Source of the DNA: Candidatus Magasanikiibacteriota bacterium
GTDB lineage: Bacteria > Patescibacteriota > Patescibacteriia > Magasanikbacterales > GWA2-37-8
NCBI GenBank assembly: GCA_030650025.1
Contig: JAUSEN010000029.1
Coordinates: forward strand, 287 to 64,286
DNA length: 64,000 nt
Direction: 5' to 3'
Shown here: positions 16,367-26,325 of the stretch, piece by piece
Position numbering within the stretch: position 1 is the first letter of the stretch
Layout: every line of letters begins with the position of its first letter
Position numbers and translations under genes: made by a program
The notes under the pieces: model-generated
The model's database searches: none
The model's input: the letters and a program-made list of their open reading frames with translations, nothing else
Told to the model about the DNA's origin: nothing

Positions 16367-16442
16367 GAAGAGCGTTAATGCACAGCTGTTTTACAGCTTT
16401 TTTTGGGTTATAATGTAAATATAAGGCGGCCCGGCTTATTAG

Positions 16443-16470
16443 TGTAACAAATAGGCCAAACCAGCGTCTT
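16443..16470 (+). promoter_or_regulatory. Candidate ECF-type autoregulatory promoter (leaderless)
   Basis: TGTAAC, 16 bp spacer, CGTCTT, ending 5 bp before ATG 16476; matches the general ECF AAC/CGT pattern. Confidence 0.55.
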
Positions 16471-16475
16471 CTACT

Positions 16476-17021
16476 ATGAACAGCTCTTTAGAACAAAAAC
16501 GCCTCTTGTATCGCCTGCAAATTGAACACGACCCCGAAGCCTACGCGACGCTTTATGATTTGTTTGTAAAGCAAATCTATCGCTTCGTGTACTTTAAGGT
16601 CGCGAGCCGCGAAGAAGCCGAGGATATCACTTCCGAAGTCTTTCTCAAAGCCTGGCACTATTTGCAAGAAAACAAAGAGGTCAAAAGCTTTAGCGGCTTA
16701 TTATACAAAATAGCGCGCAATGCCATCATTGACTTGTATCGCAGTAAAAGCGCTCGCCCCGAAGCTTTAATAATAGACGCGGAATTTGACCTCGCGAGCG
16801 AGCCAGACTTGGCTCTCGGAGTAGAAAGCAAAATCGAACACGCCAGAATTTTAGGAGCTTTAAAAAAGTTAAAGCAAGAGTATCAGGAAGTTCTGACCCT
16901 GCGATATGTCGATGATCTCGGCATTAACGAGATTGCCGAAATTATTAGTAAGAACGAGATCAGCGTTCGGGTCACTATCCATCGGGCGTTGAAGCGCTTA
17001 AAAGAAATTCTCCAGCCTTAA
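16476..17021 (+). CDS. ECF sigma-70 factor
   Basis: IYRFVYFKV...AEDITSEVFLKAW...LYKIARNAIID and EIAEII...VRVTIHRALKRLK. Confidence 0.94.
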   Translation: MNSSLEQKRLLYRLQIEHDPEAYATLYDLFVKQIYRFVYFKVASREEAEDITSEVFLKAWHYLQENKEVKSFSGLLYKIARNAIIDLYRSKSARPEALIIDAEFDLASEPDLALGVESKIEHARILGALKKLKQEYQEVLTLRYVDDLGINEIAEIISKNEISVRVTIHRALKRLKEILQP

Positions 17022-17029
17022 TTAATCAC

Positions 17030-18292
17030 ATGAAGTCAATTCTAATAAAACAACTGCAAGGGCTCCGGCAGGGGCAAAGCGAACCTGCTCCCGAGTGGCT
17101 AAAAAATAGCCGCCAGTTGCTATTGACTCAAGTTAAAAATACCATTGACAAGGACACGGAACCAGCTAACCGCTTGGCTAATTTTTGGTCCTGGTTAGCT
17201 ATTTTTCTCCCTCAAGGTTTAGTATTTAACGTGGTCAGGCCTTTGGCAGTTTTGGTAGTGGTGGCTTTGGTCGGCACCAGCGGCTGGATCGCGAGCGTGG
17301 ACGCGGCTTATGACGCTCTCCCCGGAGACGGCGTGGCTTATTATCTCAAACGCGGCCTGGAAAAAACCCAAGTCGCGGTTATATCTTTAGTTGGCGACAG
17401 TGATGACGAGGCTAAACTCCATTTAAAATTTGCTTCTTCTCGCGCCAATGAAGTTAAAAAAATGTTAGCCGGGCATGATAAAAAGAAAGCCCGGCATGTG
17501 GCGCAAACAGTTCAGGATTTAAAACAAGAGATCACCACCGTTAATACCAAAATTGAAAAAAGTTCCAGCGCCGAAACTATTAAAGACGTGGCCGTAGATG
17601 CCAAAGAAATTAAAAATCTTCTTCAAGATGCGAAAAATCTACTGTCTGCTTCCACCACACCAGATTTAGCTCAACAGGTTAAAGATGTTAAAGATCTAGC
17701 CAAAGACACTTCTGTTAAAGCCATGGAAACACTGGTTAATAAAGTAGTTTCCGGAGACCAAACAGTCACGACCGAAGAAGTTAAGCAGGTGCTCGGCAAA
17801 GCTCTGCAGTCTGCCGCTACCGAAGCTATGGAATCTCAAGTGGCGGCTGAATCTTTAAAAGTGGCCGTGGATAGTGTTAAAAATGGTATCATTGGCGCCA
17901 CGACCACTCCAGATAACACATCATCCACCATCCAAGAAGTTAAAGATTTTGCGAAAATGGTCGCCGTCGCTTCAACCCAAACCAATATTGTGGTGGAGCA
18001 GACCATCCAAGTCAGCTCCGATGTTACTTCTCAAGTCACCGAAGCCCAGAAAGCCATTTTAAATGGTGACTTGGCTACGGCTGTCGGCACGATTAAAGAC
18101 GTGGCTCAAATTACTAAAACCGTGGAGCAACTTACGGACACGGTTGTGCAACAAGCCCAGTCGGTTTTGCCAGTGGCTTCGGTTGATGTTAATAATGTCA
18201 TAGTTGATTCTGCTTTTGCTGTTAGCAGTTCCACTGCTTTTCCCTCCGCTACCGCTACCAGTGTTCCCCAAATCAGCTCTACCGCTAATTAA
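17030..18292 (+). CDS. Putative anti-sigma factor, DUF5667-like, with Ser/Thr-rich tail
   Basis: TM helix, then ALPGDGVAYYLKRGLEK and a long helical region. Confidence 0.75.
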   Translation: MKSILIKQLQGLRQGQSEPAPEWLKNSRQLLLTQVKNTIDKDTEPANRLANFWSWLAIFLPQGLVFNVVRPLAVLVVVALVGTSGWIASVDAAYDALPGDGVAYYLKRGLEKTQVAVISLVGDSDDEAKLHLKFASSRANEVKKMLAGHDKKKARHVAQTVQDLKQEITTVNTKIEKSSSAETIKDVAVDAKEIKNLLQDAKNLLSASTTPDLAQQVKDVKDLAKDTSVKAMETLVNKVVSGDQTVTTEEVKQVLGKALQSAATEAMESQVAAESLKVAVDSVKNGIIGATTTPDNTSSTIQEVKDFAKMVAVASTQTNIVVEQTIQVSSDVTSQVTEAQKAILNGDLATAVGTIKDVAQITKTVEQLTDTVVQQAQSVLPVASVDVNNVIVDSAFAVSSSTAFPSATATSVPQISSTAN

Positions 18293-18299
18293 AATTAAT

Positions 18300-18520
18300 T
18301 TTTGGTTCTTTGCCCTATTCGCCTCTCGACTACACTCGAGGTAAATAGGGGAGAGAGACAATAGGTTTTATTAAATCGGGTTTCGTTTCAAGGTCGAGAG
18401 TCCATGAGGACTTACGAAATTCATGTGACGGTACTTAAGCAAAATTGCAAAATTTTGTTTGGGCCGTAACCTCTCGCCGCGCTTGTCTAGTTCACACTCT
18501 ATAGGCGCTCGCGAGATTAA
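18300..18520 (+). ncRNA. Structured intergenic region / 5' leader of the S-layer-like gene
   Basis: Consecutive hairpins, including 18313-18350 and 18425-18470 (GCAA tetraloop). Confidence 0.5.
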
Positions 18521-18535
18521 ATTACTAAATTAATT

Positions 18536-21500
18536 ATGTCGACTGTTATAAAATCAATCAAAAAGGTTTTCACCTTCAGTGTAGTGTCGACCACCATTTT
18601 GTGGAGCAGCATGGTTTCCGTGCTTGTTCCTTCAATGGTCAGCGCGGCCGCCTGCCCAGCCGGATTCGGCCCAGGCTCCATGCTTAAGGTCGTTGGGCGT
18701 CCCCCTCTCTACATAATGAATAACAACAATCAATTGCTCTCATACTTTAGCGGTAGAGAGTACAAGACTTGGACTGCTGACGACAAATACAGCGGCCATT
18801 TTTACGTTTCGCAAGAATGCTTTGACGAACAGAAACTGCCGACGATGTTGCCGACCTTGGTTGGCTATCGCCCTGGTACTATGGTCGTAAAGCGGATCGC
18901 GTCTGACCAGCTCTATGCGGTTTTGCCAGGCAACACCTTGGCCAAAATCACCGTGGAGGCTGCCAAATCGCTCTATGGCGCCAATTTTACCGCCGTAGTT
19001 GTTGATGACGTCGCTTTCCCTCACTATGTTAACCGCGCCGCCACCGACATCACCGAAGCCAAGCCGCACGAAGGCATGTTGGTTTCGAACGGCGGTAAGA
19101 ATTGGTATGTGGATGCTGGCATGAAACTGCGTGAAGTAAATGGCACCGGTTTCTCCGCCAACAAATTCCAGACTCGGTATGTTCACCCGGTGAGCGACGC
19201 GATGGTCGCGGGCTACACCAGTGGTGAAGTTATTTCCGCCGAAGTGGCGGCCTTGGTAGATCGCACGCAAAGCGGTGGCGTTGTCGTCACCCCTCCACCC
19301 GTGAATCCTCCTGGCCCCACCCCAACCTCCACCCCGGCTCCAATCGGCGGTAACTTAACCGTTTCCTTGGCTGCCGATAACCCGGCCGCCACCTACTTGG
19401 CTTCAGGCACGGCTTTAAACCCGGTCTTGAAGCTTTCTTTGTCCGCTTCGAGCGATACCACTGTCACCAGCCTGAAAATTCGCAAATCCGGTTTCTACGC
19501 CAACACCAATATTACTGGTGCTGATGTTACAGACTCCAAGGGTATGCGTCATGGCAACGTGGTTTCCACTTTGAGCGCGGACAGCGATCTGAACATTGGT
19601 TTTGCCTCTGAACCTATTGTGGTAAAAGCAGGCATGCCAGAAACCGTCTTAGTTCGCGTTAACTTAATCGCGGGCGCCTTCACCGGCACCTTCGCGATGT
19701 CCGTTCTCGCGGCTGGTTCGGTTGGTTCCAACGGCACTGTTGGCGGTACCTTCCCAATCACGGGTAACACCTTCAACGTGCAAGATGGTTCCAGTTCAGT
19801 GGCCGCTGTTCAAATCAACCCACAATTGGTTGGTTCTAACATGACCCTCAATGCTGACGGCACCAATCTGCAAGACATTGCCAAATTTAGCATTCAGGAA
19901 ACCTCCAGCCGTGAAGAGGTTAACTTAATGAAGTTATCTCTTTACAACAATGGCACCGCCGCGGATTCAGACTACAAAGACGTTCAGCTCGTTGAACAGT
20001 CTTCCAACAAAGTTCTGGCCACGGCTCAACCCAAAAACAAGGTTGTAATGTTCGACCTTGGCACTGGGTACATGATTGGCAAAGGCCAAACCAAGTATTT
20101 CTTGGTGCGCGCTATATTAATGAACGGCGCGGCTCGTACCATTCAGTTCGTGGTTTATAACAACTACGATCTTGAGGTCAAGGGTACTACCACTGGTTCT
20201 TTGGTCCTTCCGACCACAGACAGCTCCACTGGTAACGTCAGTGCTACGGCGTTCCCAGCTGGTAATGCTACCAACTACAACAAAGTAACGATTGGTTCGG
20301 GCGCGGTTTCTTTCAACAAGAATTCCGACTCCCCATCCAACGCCGTTATTGCTGGCGCCAACAATGTTGTCTTAGCTAAGTTCTTTATCAAACCCTCGGG
20401 CGAAGATATGGAACTACGCAAGATGATGCTTGGTATTACCAACTCCGGTCCTAAGGCCTTGGCTGGCACCGCGTATGTTAAAGTAGATGGCGCTACTGTC
20501 TACAGTGTGGCCGCTTCGAGCGTCGTCACTACTATGGCTGGCGCGTCCATTTCGCTTTCTTCATACCCCGTGCTTAAAGCCGGTGTAAACAGCTATGTGA
20601 CAGTAGAAGCTAATATTGATTCTTCCGCTGGCACCACTAATGTTTACAAGGTATACATGCGCCCGTCCGAAGTTAAGCGTTTGATTACCAACGATATCAC
20701 GATTGACGCCACCACGGTATTGCCCGCCTCACTTTCGGCTGGCAACAATATCGCGGTTCAAGGCACGACTTTAGCGGTTACCACCATGTCCGCTCCAGTC
20801 GCCGCCAACGTGGTCGCTGGCACTAACAGCCACGAGTTTGCTCGTATTGAGCTTAACGCTGGCCCCTCTGGCGAAGACATCCGTGTTAACACGATCGTTG
20901 TCAGCGACGTCATTTCTGGCGGCGCCGCCTTAACGAACGTGGCTAACCTGACGCTCTATGCCAATGGTCAGCCGCTTCTTACCAACAACAGCACCGCGGT
21001 TAACGCCGCTTCCAACACCTTCACCTTCTCCACGCCTATCGTGGTAACCCGCGCTAACCCAGTAGTGATTAGCGTTAAAGGTGATGTCGTGGCTGGTACC
21101 GCTGGTTCGCACACCTACCGGGTGAGCGGCACCGCTGATGTGACTGCTTATGGCCAAGGATTCGGCAACACCGCCACCATTACCATTGCTGGTTCTGGCC
21201 AGGCGATGACCGTAGTGTCCGCCGGCACTCTCAACTTGTCGCTGGTTTCTGGCCCCACCGCCTCGCCGTCCAATGATCGTATGGTCACTGTCGGCACGGG
21301 CGATGTTTCAGTCTTTGGCTTCAAGATGAGCGCCCAGAACGAAGCGCAGAAACTTACCACTTTGGTACTGACCGCTTCTTCTACCGCTGGCAATACCTTA
21401 GGCAGCAACGACATCGTGAATGTGCGCCTCTATTTGAACAACTCGGCCACGCCGTTTGCTTCGGCCAACGCTGGCTCCTGCGCTAGCAGTGTCTGTACCT

Positions 21501-22264
21501 TTACCTGGACTAACACAGACAATGTCTTGCCAGAAACTGTTCAACCTGGCTTCCCCGCGACTGTCTATGTCAAAGCCAACATTGGTCAACCCGGCTCGGC
21601 CGCGGTTACCAACGCGTTTAAGTTCTACTTTGCGACTTCATCCACTACCGATGTTGTCTTCAAAGGAGCCTTTAGCGGCGCTACTTCCACTGTGGCTGGT
21701 CTTCCGATCGCCTCTGGCTTAACGATCGTCTCACCTTGGAACGTAACAATCAGTGGCGAAGCTCCGGCCGCCGGCACTTCGCTCACTCAAACAGTTGGCG
21801 CTGGCACCCAGATCGGCCGCTTCAAAATCATGAACAACGGTACGGGGCAGGTTACTGTCACGGATCTGCGGTTTACTGATAACGGCAGCCATACTGGCAC
21901 TACCACCACCTACAAGCTGTACTACTCGGATGAAGGGTCTACCAACTATATTGGTAATACCGCGACCACTACGGTCACGGACTTCTCCTCGAGCGTACTT
22001 GACTTCAGCGGTGGCATGACCAACTTTACCATCAACGGCAATTCTTATCGCTACATCACTGTCGCGATCAGCACTGCCGGCAATATTGCGGCTGGTAATT
22101 CTTGGGCCTTGGCGCTCCCTGCCTTCAGTGATGCCAAATATAGCATCACCGAATCTAACCTTGGCTACTCCAACAATGGCGACGCTGACCTTGAGGACAC
22201 CGTTACCGGTGCCTTCATGGAAGGTAAGCCATCGCTTGGCACCTTGGTTAAGCAGAGCACCTAA
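18536..22264 (+). CDS. Large secreted S-layer-like surface protein (1242 aa)
   Basis: Signal peptide, Pro-rich linker, and T/S/G/A/V-rich repeated beta-sandwich-like units; strong terminator downstream. Confidence 0.8.
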   Translation: MSTVIKSIKKVFTFSVVSTTILWSSMVSVLVPSMVSAAACPAGFGPGSMLKVVGRPPLYIMNNNNQLLSYFSGREYKTWTADDKYSGHFYVSQECFDEQKLPTMLPTLVGYRPGTMVVKRIASDQLYAVLPGNTLAKITVEAAKSLYGANFTAVVVDDVAFPHYVNRAATDITEAKPHEGMLVSNGGKNWYVDAGMKLREVNGTGFSANKFQTRYVHPVSDAMVAGYTSGEVISAEVAALVDRTQSGGVVVTPPPVNPPGPTPTSTPAPIGGNLTVSLAADNPAATYLASGTALNPVLKLSLSASSDTTVTSLKIRKSGFYANTNITGADVTDSKGMRHGNVVSTLSADSDLNIGFASEPIVVKAGMPETVLVRVNLIAGAFTGTFAMSVLAAGSVGSNGTVGGTFPITGNTFNVQDGSSSVAAVQINPQLVGSNMTLNADGTNLQDIAKFSIQETSSREEVNLMKLSLYNNGTAADSDYKDVQLVEQSSNKVLATAQPKNKVVMFDLGTGYMIGKGQTKYFLVRAILMNGAARTIQFVVYNNYDLEVKGTTTGSLVLPTTDSSTGNVSATAFPAGNATNYNKVTIGSGAVSFNKNSDSPSNAVIAGANNVVLAKFFIKPSGEDMELRKMMLGITNSGPKALAGTAYVKVDGATVYSVAASSVVTTMAGASISLSSYPVLKAGVNSYVTVEANIDSSAGTTNVYKVYMRPSEVKRLITNDITIDATTVLPASLSAGNNIAVQGTTLAVTTMSAPVAANVVAGTNSHEFARIELNAGPSGEDIRVNTIVVSDVISGGAALTNVANLTLYANGQPLLTNNSTAVNAASNTFTFSTPIVVTRANPVVISVKGDVVAGTAGSHTYRVSGTADVTAYGQGFGNTATITIAGSGQAMTVVSAGTLNLSLVSGPTASPSNDRMVTVGTGDVSVFGFKMSAQNEAQKLTTLVLTASSTAGNTLGSNDIVNVRLYLNNSATPFASANAGSCASSVCTFTWTNTDNVLPETVQPGFPATVYVKANIGQPGSAAVTNAFKFYFATSSTTDVVFKGAFSGATSTVAGLPIASGLTIVSPWNVTISGEAPAAGTSLTQTVGAGTQIGRFKIMNNGTGQVTVTDLRFTDNGSHTGTTTTYKLYYSDEGSTNYIGNTATTTVTDFSSSVLDFSGGMTNFTINGNSYRYITVAISTAGNIAAGNSWALALPAFSDAKYSITESNLGYSNNGDADLEDTVTGAFMEGKPSLGTLVKQST

Positions 22265-22290
22265 TTAGTTTCAGGATAGCTTACAATCCT

Positions 22291-22340
22291 AACCAAACAA
22301 CCCCCCTCCGCCCTTGGCGGGTGGGGGGTTGTTGGTTTTT
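22291..22340 (+). terminator. Intrinsic terminator
   Basis: AACAACCCCCC-TCCGCC-CTT-GGCGGG-TGGGGGGTTGTT followed by GGTTTTT. Confidence 0.85.
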
Positions 22341-22343
22341 AGT

Positions 22344-22372
22344 TTGACACTTTAGAACAAAATCCGTATAAT
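22344..22372 (+). promoter_or_regulatory. Consensus sigma70 promoter of the glycosylation locus
   Basis: Perfect TTGACA, 17 bp spacer, TATAAT. Confidence 0.85.
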
Positions 22373-22418
22373 AAGCACCAGTCGCGCTTTATTAACGCTT
22401 AATTTTTTTACAAATATT

Positions 22419-24443
22419 ATGCAAAAAAACCTGGAGTATTTTATTAAAGGTTTAGTATATTTAAGTTTTTTTGTACCTTTATTGGTTTTACCATCGTCGT
22501 TTATTTTTCCATTTATTGTCCCGAAAATTTTGTTGTTTCGCTCGCTCTCCATCTTAATGTTTGGGGCGTATCTGCTCCTCTGTGTCAGTAACCCGCGCCA
22601 ATATTTACCGCGCCTTAGCCCGGTTTTGGTAGCTCTGGGGTTGTTTATATTAAGTTTTAGCATTAGCACCTTCGCGGGCGTCGATGCCTACCACAGCTTT
22701 TGGGACAACCACGAGCGCATGCTCGGCCTCTTCACTATTTTGCACTATTTTATTTATTTTTTGGTAATCACAGCCATCTTTCGCTCTTGGAGCGAATGGC
22801 GGCAGTTATTTTGGGTTTTTTTAATAGCCGGCTCGGCAGTTATGTTCGTTGGAATGTTGCAAGTTGGTAATGCCGATCTGCTTTTGAATCAAGGCAGTGA
22901 CCGCGTCGCCTCGACGCTCGGCAACCCTATTTATGTTGGTGGTTACGGTCTTTTTTTGGCATTCGTCGCCGCTCTCCTCATAGCCAAAGAACGCCAACTG
23001 GCGTGGCGATTGGCCGCCGCCTTCTTCGGTATTTTCGCGCTCCTCGGGATGTTTTATAGTGGTACGCGCGGTTCTATGCTCGGGTTCATCGCCGGGCTTT
23101 TCTCCAGCCTCATTATTTACGGGATTTTTAGTAAAACTAATTTTAAAGCTCGTTTAGCATCGGGCCTTGTTTTAGCCAGCCTTTTGGTATTAGTTAGTTT
23201 CGCTTACAATTGGCGGCATACCACGTTCGTACAAAATATTCCGGCTGTGGGGCGCGCGGTCAACACTTCGCTTTCTAGTGTTAAAAGCAGCCCGCGCTGG
23301 GTAGCTTGGGCGATTGCTTGGGAGAGCTTTGTCGAGCGCCCAGTTTTTGGCTGGGGTCCCAATAACTTTTTCTACGCTTTCAACAAACATTATAATCCGC
23401 GCTCTTTAGAGTTTGGTTACGGCGAAACTTGGTTCGACAATGCCCACAATATCATTATGAATACTCTCTCGGTGCAGGGCGGGCTTGGCCTAGTTACTTA
23501 TTTAGGCATTTTCGCTATGGCGGTAGGCGTTCTCTTGCGGCAGTATCGCCGCGGCGCCGTGGAATTGAATATTGTTTTGTTTGGCAGTGCTTTTTTAGTG
23601 GCACACCTCGTGCAAAATATTACTGTTTTTGAAAACCCCACGTCGTATCTTTACTTCATGGTTTGGTTGGCCTTTGTTAATCGCTTTACAACCGCGTCTG
23701 CGGATCAATCCGCTCTTCGCGCTCCATTTGTCAGCCGCCCTATCTCGAAGAGCGCCCTAGGCGCTACCGCTTTAGTCTTGATTTTGTGGATTTATGTCTT
23801 TAACGTCCAGCCCGCCCGCGCTAACTCTCTGGCTTTAAAAACACTGCGCGCTATCAGCCAAGACCCGGTTGGTTCTAGCAATCAAATTAAAGCGGCGTTG
23901 GCGTTTAATTCGCCCCACATCGATGATGTCAGAAACGACATCGGTCGTATTATCCTAAATGCCGTGCCTGATGTCTCTCAAAAATTTGGTTCTGATAAAG
24001 CCAAAGAACTAATGGACTTGTTAGAGCCAGCTTTACTCGAGAATACTAGGTTGCATCCCGGAGATATAAGGGTGTATATGCTTTTGGGGCAATTATACCG
24101 TTTTCGCGCCACGCTCGATCGCGACCCGCAAGAAGTAATGAGAGCCATTACAGTTTATGAACAAGCTCTGGTGCACTCTCCCCGCCGCCAGCAGTTGGTA
24201 TATTCTTTGGCCGAATTATATGGCATGATTGGTAACAATAAAAAAGCTGTCGAGCTCATAGAGCAGTCGATTGTTGATAATCCCAAAATTGCCGAAGGGT
24301 ATATTCGCCTGGCCTATTTATACAGCACCGCTAAACAGCCGGCCGAAGCCGCCAAAATAATTGCCACAGCCAAAGAGCGGGGCGTAGTTTTTAATTCGAG
24401 CGAAGCGGCCGCGGCCACGCAAATTTTAGGCGCTACCAAATAA
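22419..24443 (+). CDS. O-antigen ligase / O-oligosaccharyltransferase-like protein with TPR C-terminus
   Basis: Many TM helices; STLGNP, SGTRG, RPVFGWGPNNF and DNAHN (Wzy_C); TPR-like tail. Confidence 0.88.
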   Translation: MQKNLEYFIKGLVYLSFFVPLLVLPSSFIFPFIVPKILLFRSLSILMFGAYLLLCVSNPRQYLPRLSPVLVALGLFILSFSISTFAGVDAYHSFWDNHERMLGLFTILHYFIYFLVITAIFRSWSEWRQLFWVFLIAGSAVMFVGMLQVGNADLLLNQGSDRVASTLGNPIYVGGYGLFLAFVAALLIAKERQLAWRLAAAFFGIFALLGMFYSGTRGSMLGFIAGLFSSLIIYGIFSKTNFKARLASGLVLASLLVLVSFAYNWRHTTFVQNIPAVGRAVNTSLSSVKSSPRWVAWAIAWESFVERPVFGWGPNNFFYAFNKHYNPRSLEFGYGETWFDNAHNIIMNTLSVQGGLGLVTYLGIFAMAVGVLLRQYRRGAVELNIVLFGSAFLVAHLVQNITVFENPTSYLYFMVWLAFVNRFTTASADQSALRAPFVSRPISKSALGATALVLILWIYVFNVQPARANSLALKTLRAISQDPVGSSNQIKAALAFNSPHIDDVRNDIGRIILNAVPDVSQKFGSDKAKELMDLLEPALLENTRLHPGDIRVYMLLGQLYRFRATLDRDPQEVMRAITVYEQALVHSPRRQQLVYSLAELYGMIGNNKKAVELIEQSIVDNPKIAEGYIRLAYLYSTAKQPAEAAKIIATAKERGVVFNSSEAAAATQILGATK

Positions 24444-24503
24444 ATATGGCAGAGCCTGACTCAAAAATAATCTTCTCCGTCTTTAGCCAAAGCTAGGGAT
24501 AGT

Positions 24504-25160
24504 ATGATGAATAACGCATTTTACAAAGTCATGAACGACGCTGTTTTGGGCGCTCGAGTATTACATGTTGGCTGCGTGGGAACAAGAGCCATCGGCGCCA
24601 ATAATTTTCCCTTGCACCGGTTTTTAACCAAACGAGCGCGAGGGGTTTATGGGATAGATATTGATGCCGAGGGAATCGCGCAAATGGCAGCGCTTGGTTT
24701 TGCCTGCGAAGCGACTCCGGCCGAAAGCTATTTTTGTTCCGAACACTACGATGTGGTAACCGTTTCGAGTGTCTTGCAGTTTGTGGCTTCACCCATTGGT
24801 GTAATCACAAACTTAGCACGGTCTTTAAAGCCGGGTGGTATCATGCTAGTGGAAGTGCCCAACGCCTACAGCCTTATTGAGATCATGCGCAATGCCACAA
24901 AATTTGCGAAGCTTAAACCAATTCAGTTAACCGGGCAGTCCACCTTGGGGGAAGTGAATCTGTTTAGTAGCGCCACGTTAGCCGCGCTGATTATAGGCAG
25001 TGGGTTAGAATTAATTAGCGTCAAAAGCTATGTTCGTAAAACCGCTCGTGATCAAAAAAATTTAAAACTAAAAATTAGGACGGCCATCAATAATTTTCCG
25101 CGCTATCTCTCGCCAGCTTGGGGCCCAACGCTCTTAGCTACCGCTCGAAAAATTGTTTAA
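24504..25160 (+). CDS. Class I SAM-dependent methyltransferase
   Basis: VLHVGC, YGIDID and LKPGGIMLVEVPN motifs. Confidence 0.85.
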   Translation: MMNNAFYKVMNDAVLGARVLHVGCVGTRAIGANNFPLHRFLTKRARGVYGIDIDAEGIAQMAALGFACEATPAESYFCSEHYDVVTVSSVLQFVASPIGVITNLARSLKPGGIMLVEVPNAYSLIEIMRNATKFAKLKPIQLTGQSTLGEVNLFSSATLAALIIGSGLELISVKSYVRKTARDQKNLKLKIRTAINNFPRYLSPAWGPTLLATARKIV

Positions 25161-25164
25161 AAAT

Positions 25165-26325
25165 ATGTATCCAATTGCGCGGCCGTACGTTACTATTCGT
25201 CAACTGTGCGCCCTTCTGAATATTTTAAAATATCGCGCCCAAACAGTCGAGGATTTTGAAAATCAGTTCGCGACCAGTGTAGGGCGCGCTTATGCCTGCG
25301 CGTTTTCGGGAGGGCGCGTGGCCATTCAAAAAGTATTTGAAGCCTTAGAAATAAAAAATCAAACTGTGGCCATGCCATCGTATACCTGCCTGGTTGTGCC
25401 ATATGCTGTTGAATTGTCCGGCAACCGGCCATTGTTTGTTGAGCCAAAAGTTGGGGAGTTTGGCACCACAGCGGCGGCGCTTCAGGCGGTTGCGGCGATC
25501 AGTATACCAACGCACATGTTTGGCAAAGTGCGGGACCAGCCAGTATTATCACCTAATACTCTGGTTATCGAAGACGCCTGTTTGGCATTTGGCTCAAAAA
25601 TCGCGGGGCGAGCCGCCGGGACACTCGGTGATGTTTCCATTTTTAGTTTTAATCGCTCCAAACAGCTAAGTTGTTTTGGCGGTGGCATTGCCGTCACCGA
25701 TCGCCGTGATATTTATGAGAAATTAAAAGTATTCGCTCAATACCACGCCACTTTTTGGGACGAAGTGGCGCAAGTTTTTAAGTCGTTCTTTTTTTGGTGG
25801 TTCTACCGCCCTAGTATTTATTCATTTTTGAAAATGTTTGGTTCGGCCTCGGCTAATGTTACCGATTTTTCTCTTGGAGATTGCTCTCTTGATAAGAGTT
25901 ATTCAAAAAGTTTTCTCAAATCGCAAGCCATTTTAGGCTTAGGTCAGCTCAAAAATGCTGATGTCATCCTCGCGGAGCGTCGGCGTATTGCCGCCTGGTA
26001 TGATGCCAATCTAAGAAATTTTTCAGACATTACCATCCCCAGACTGACGCCGGATGTTGAACTTAGCCACTACTGGGTACTTCTTAAAAAGCCCCGAGCC
26101 ATTGTCAAAGAACGCTTATTTAAAGAGGGGATAGCCGTTGGGGTTCCGAACGACTATTCGTGTCCTCTCACGGCGCATTACGCCGCCAATTATAACCCCG
26201 CAGACTTTTCTGTTTCTTCAGCCCTAGCGTCGTCGATTATTAGTTTGCCGTTTTATGTCGGCTTAACAGAACGAGCCGTGCGTCAAATTTGTGCAAAATT
26301 TAAACAGGTATATGAGAGTGTTTGA
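25165..26325 (+). CDS. DegT/DnrJ/EryC1/StrS aminotransferase
   Basis: VIEDAC, SFNRSKQL (PLP lysine) and ISLP motifs. Confidence 0.88.
   Translation: MYPIARPYVTIRQLCALLNILKYRAQTVEDFENQFATSVGRAYACAFSGGRVAIQKVFEALEIKNQTVAMPSYTCLVVPYAVELSGNRPLFVEPKVGEFGTTAAALQAVAAISIPTHMFGKVRDQPVLSPNTLVIEDACLAFGSKIAGRAAGTLGDVSIFSFNRSKQLSCFGGGIAVTDRRDIYEKLKVFAQYHATFWDEVAQVFKSFFFWWFYRPSIYSFLKMFGSASANVTDFSLGDCSLDKSYSKSFLKSQAILGLGQLKNADVILAERRRIAAWYDANLRNFSDITIPRLTPDVELSHYWVLLKKPRAIVKERLFKEGIAVGVPNDYSCPLTAHYAANYNPADFSVSSALASSIISLPFYVGLTERAVRQICAKFKQVYESV

Noticed and set aside
16030-16475. Replication origin (AT-rich with a DnaA box)
   Set aside because: Only one perfect DnaA box seen, and no dnaA/dnaN in the window; cannot be supported without GC-skew analysis.
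18740-21722. Several antisense and alternate-frame ORFs within the S-layer gene
   Set aside because: Shadow ORFs from biased codon usage; no motifs.
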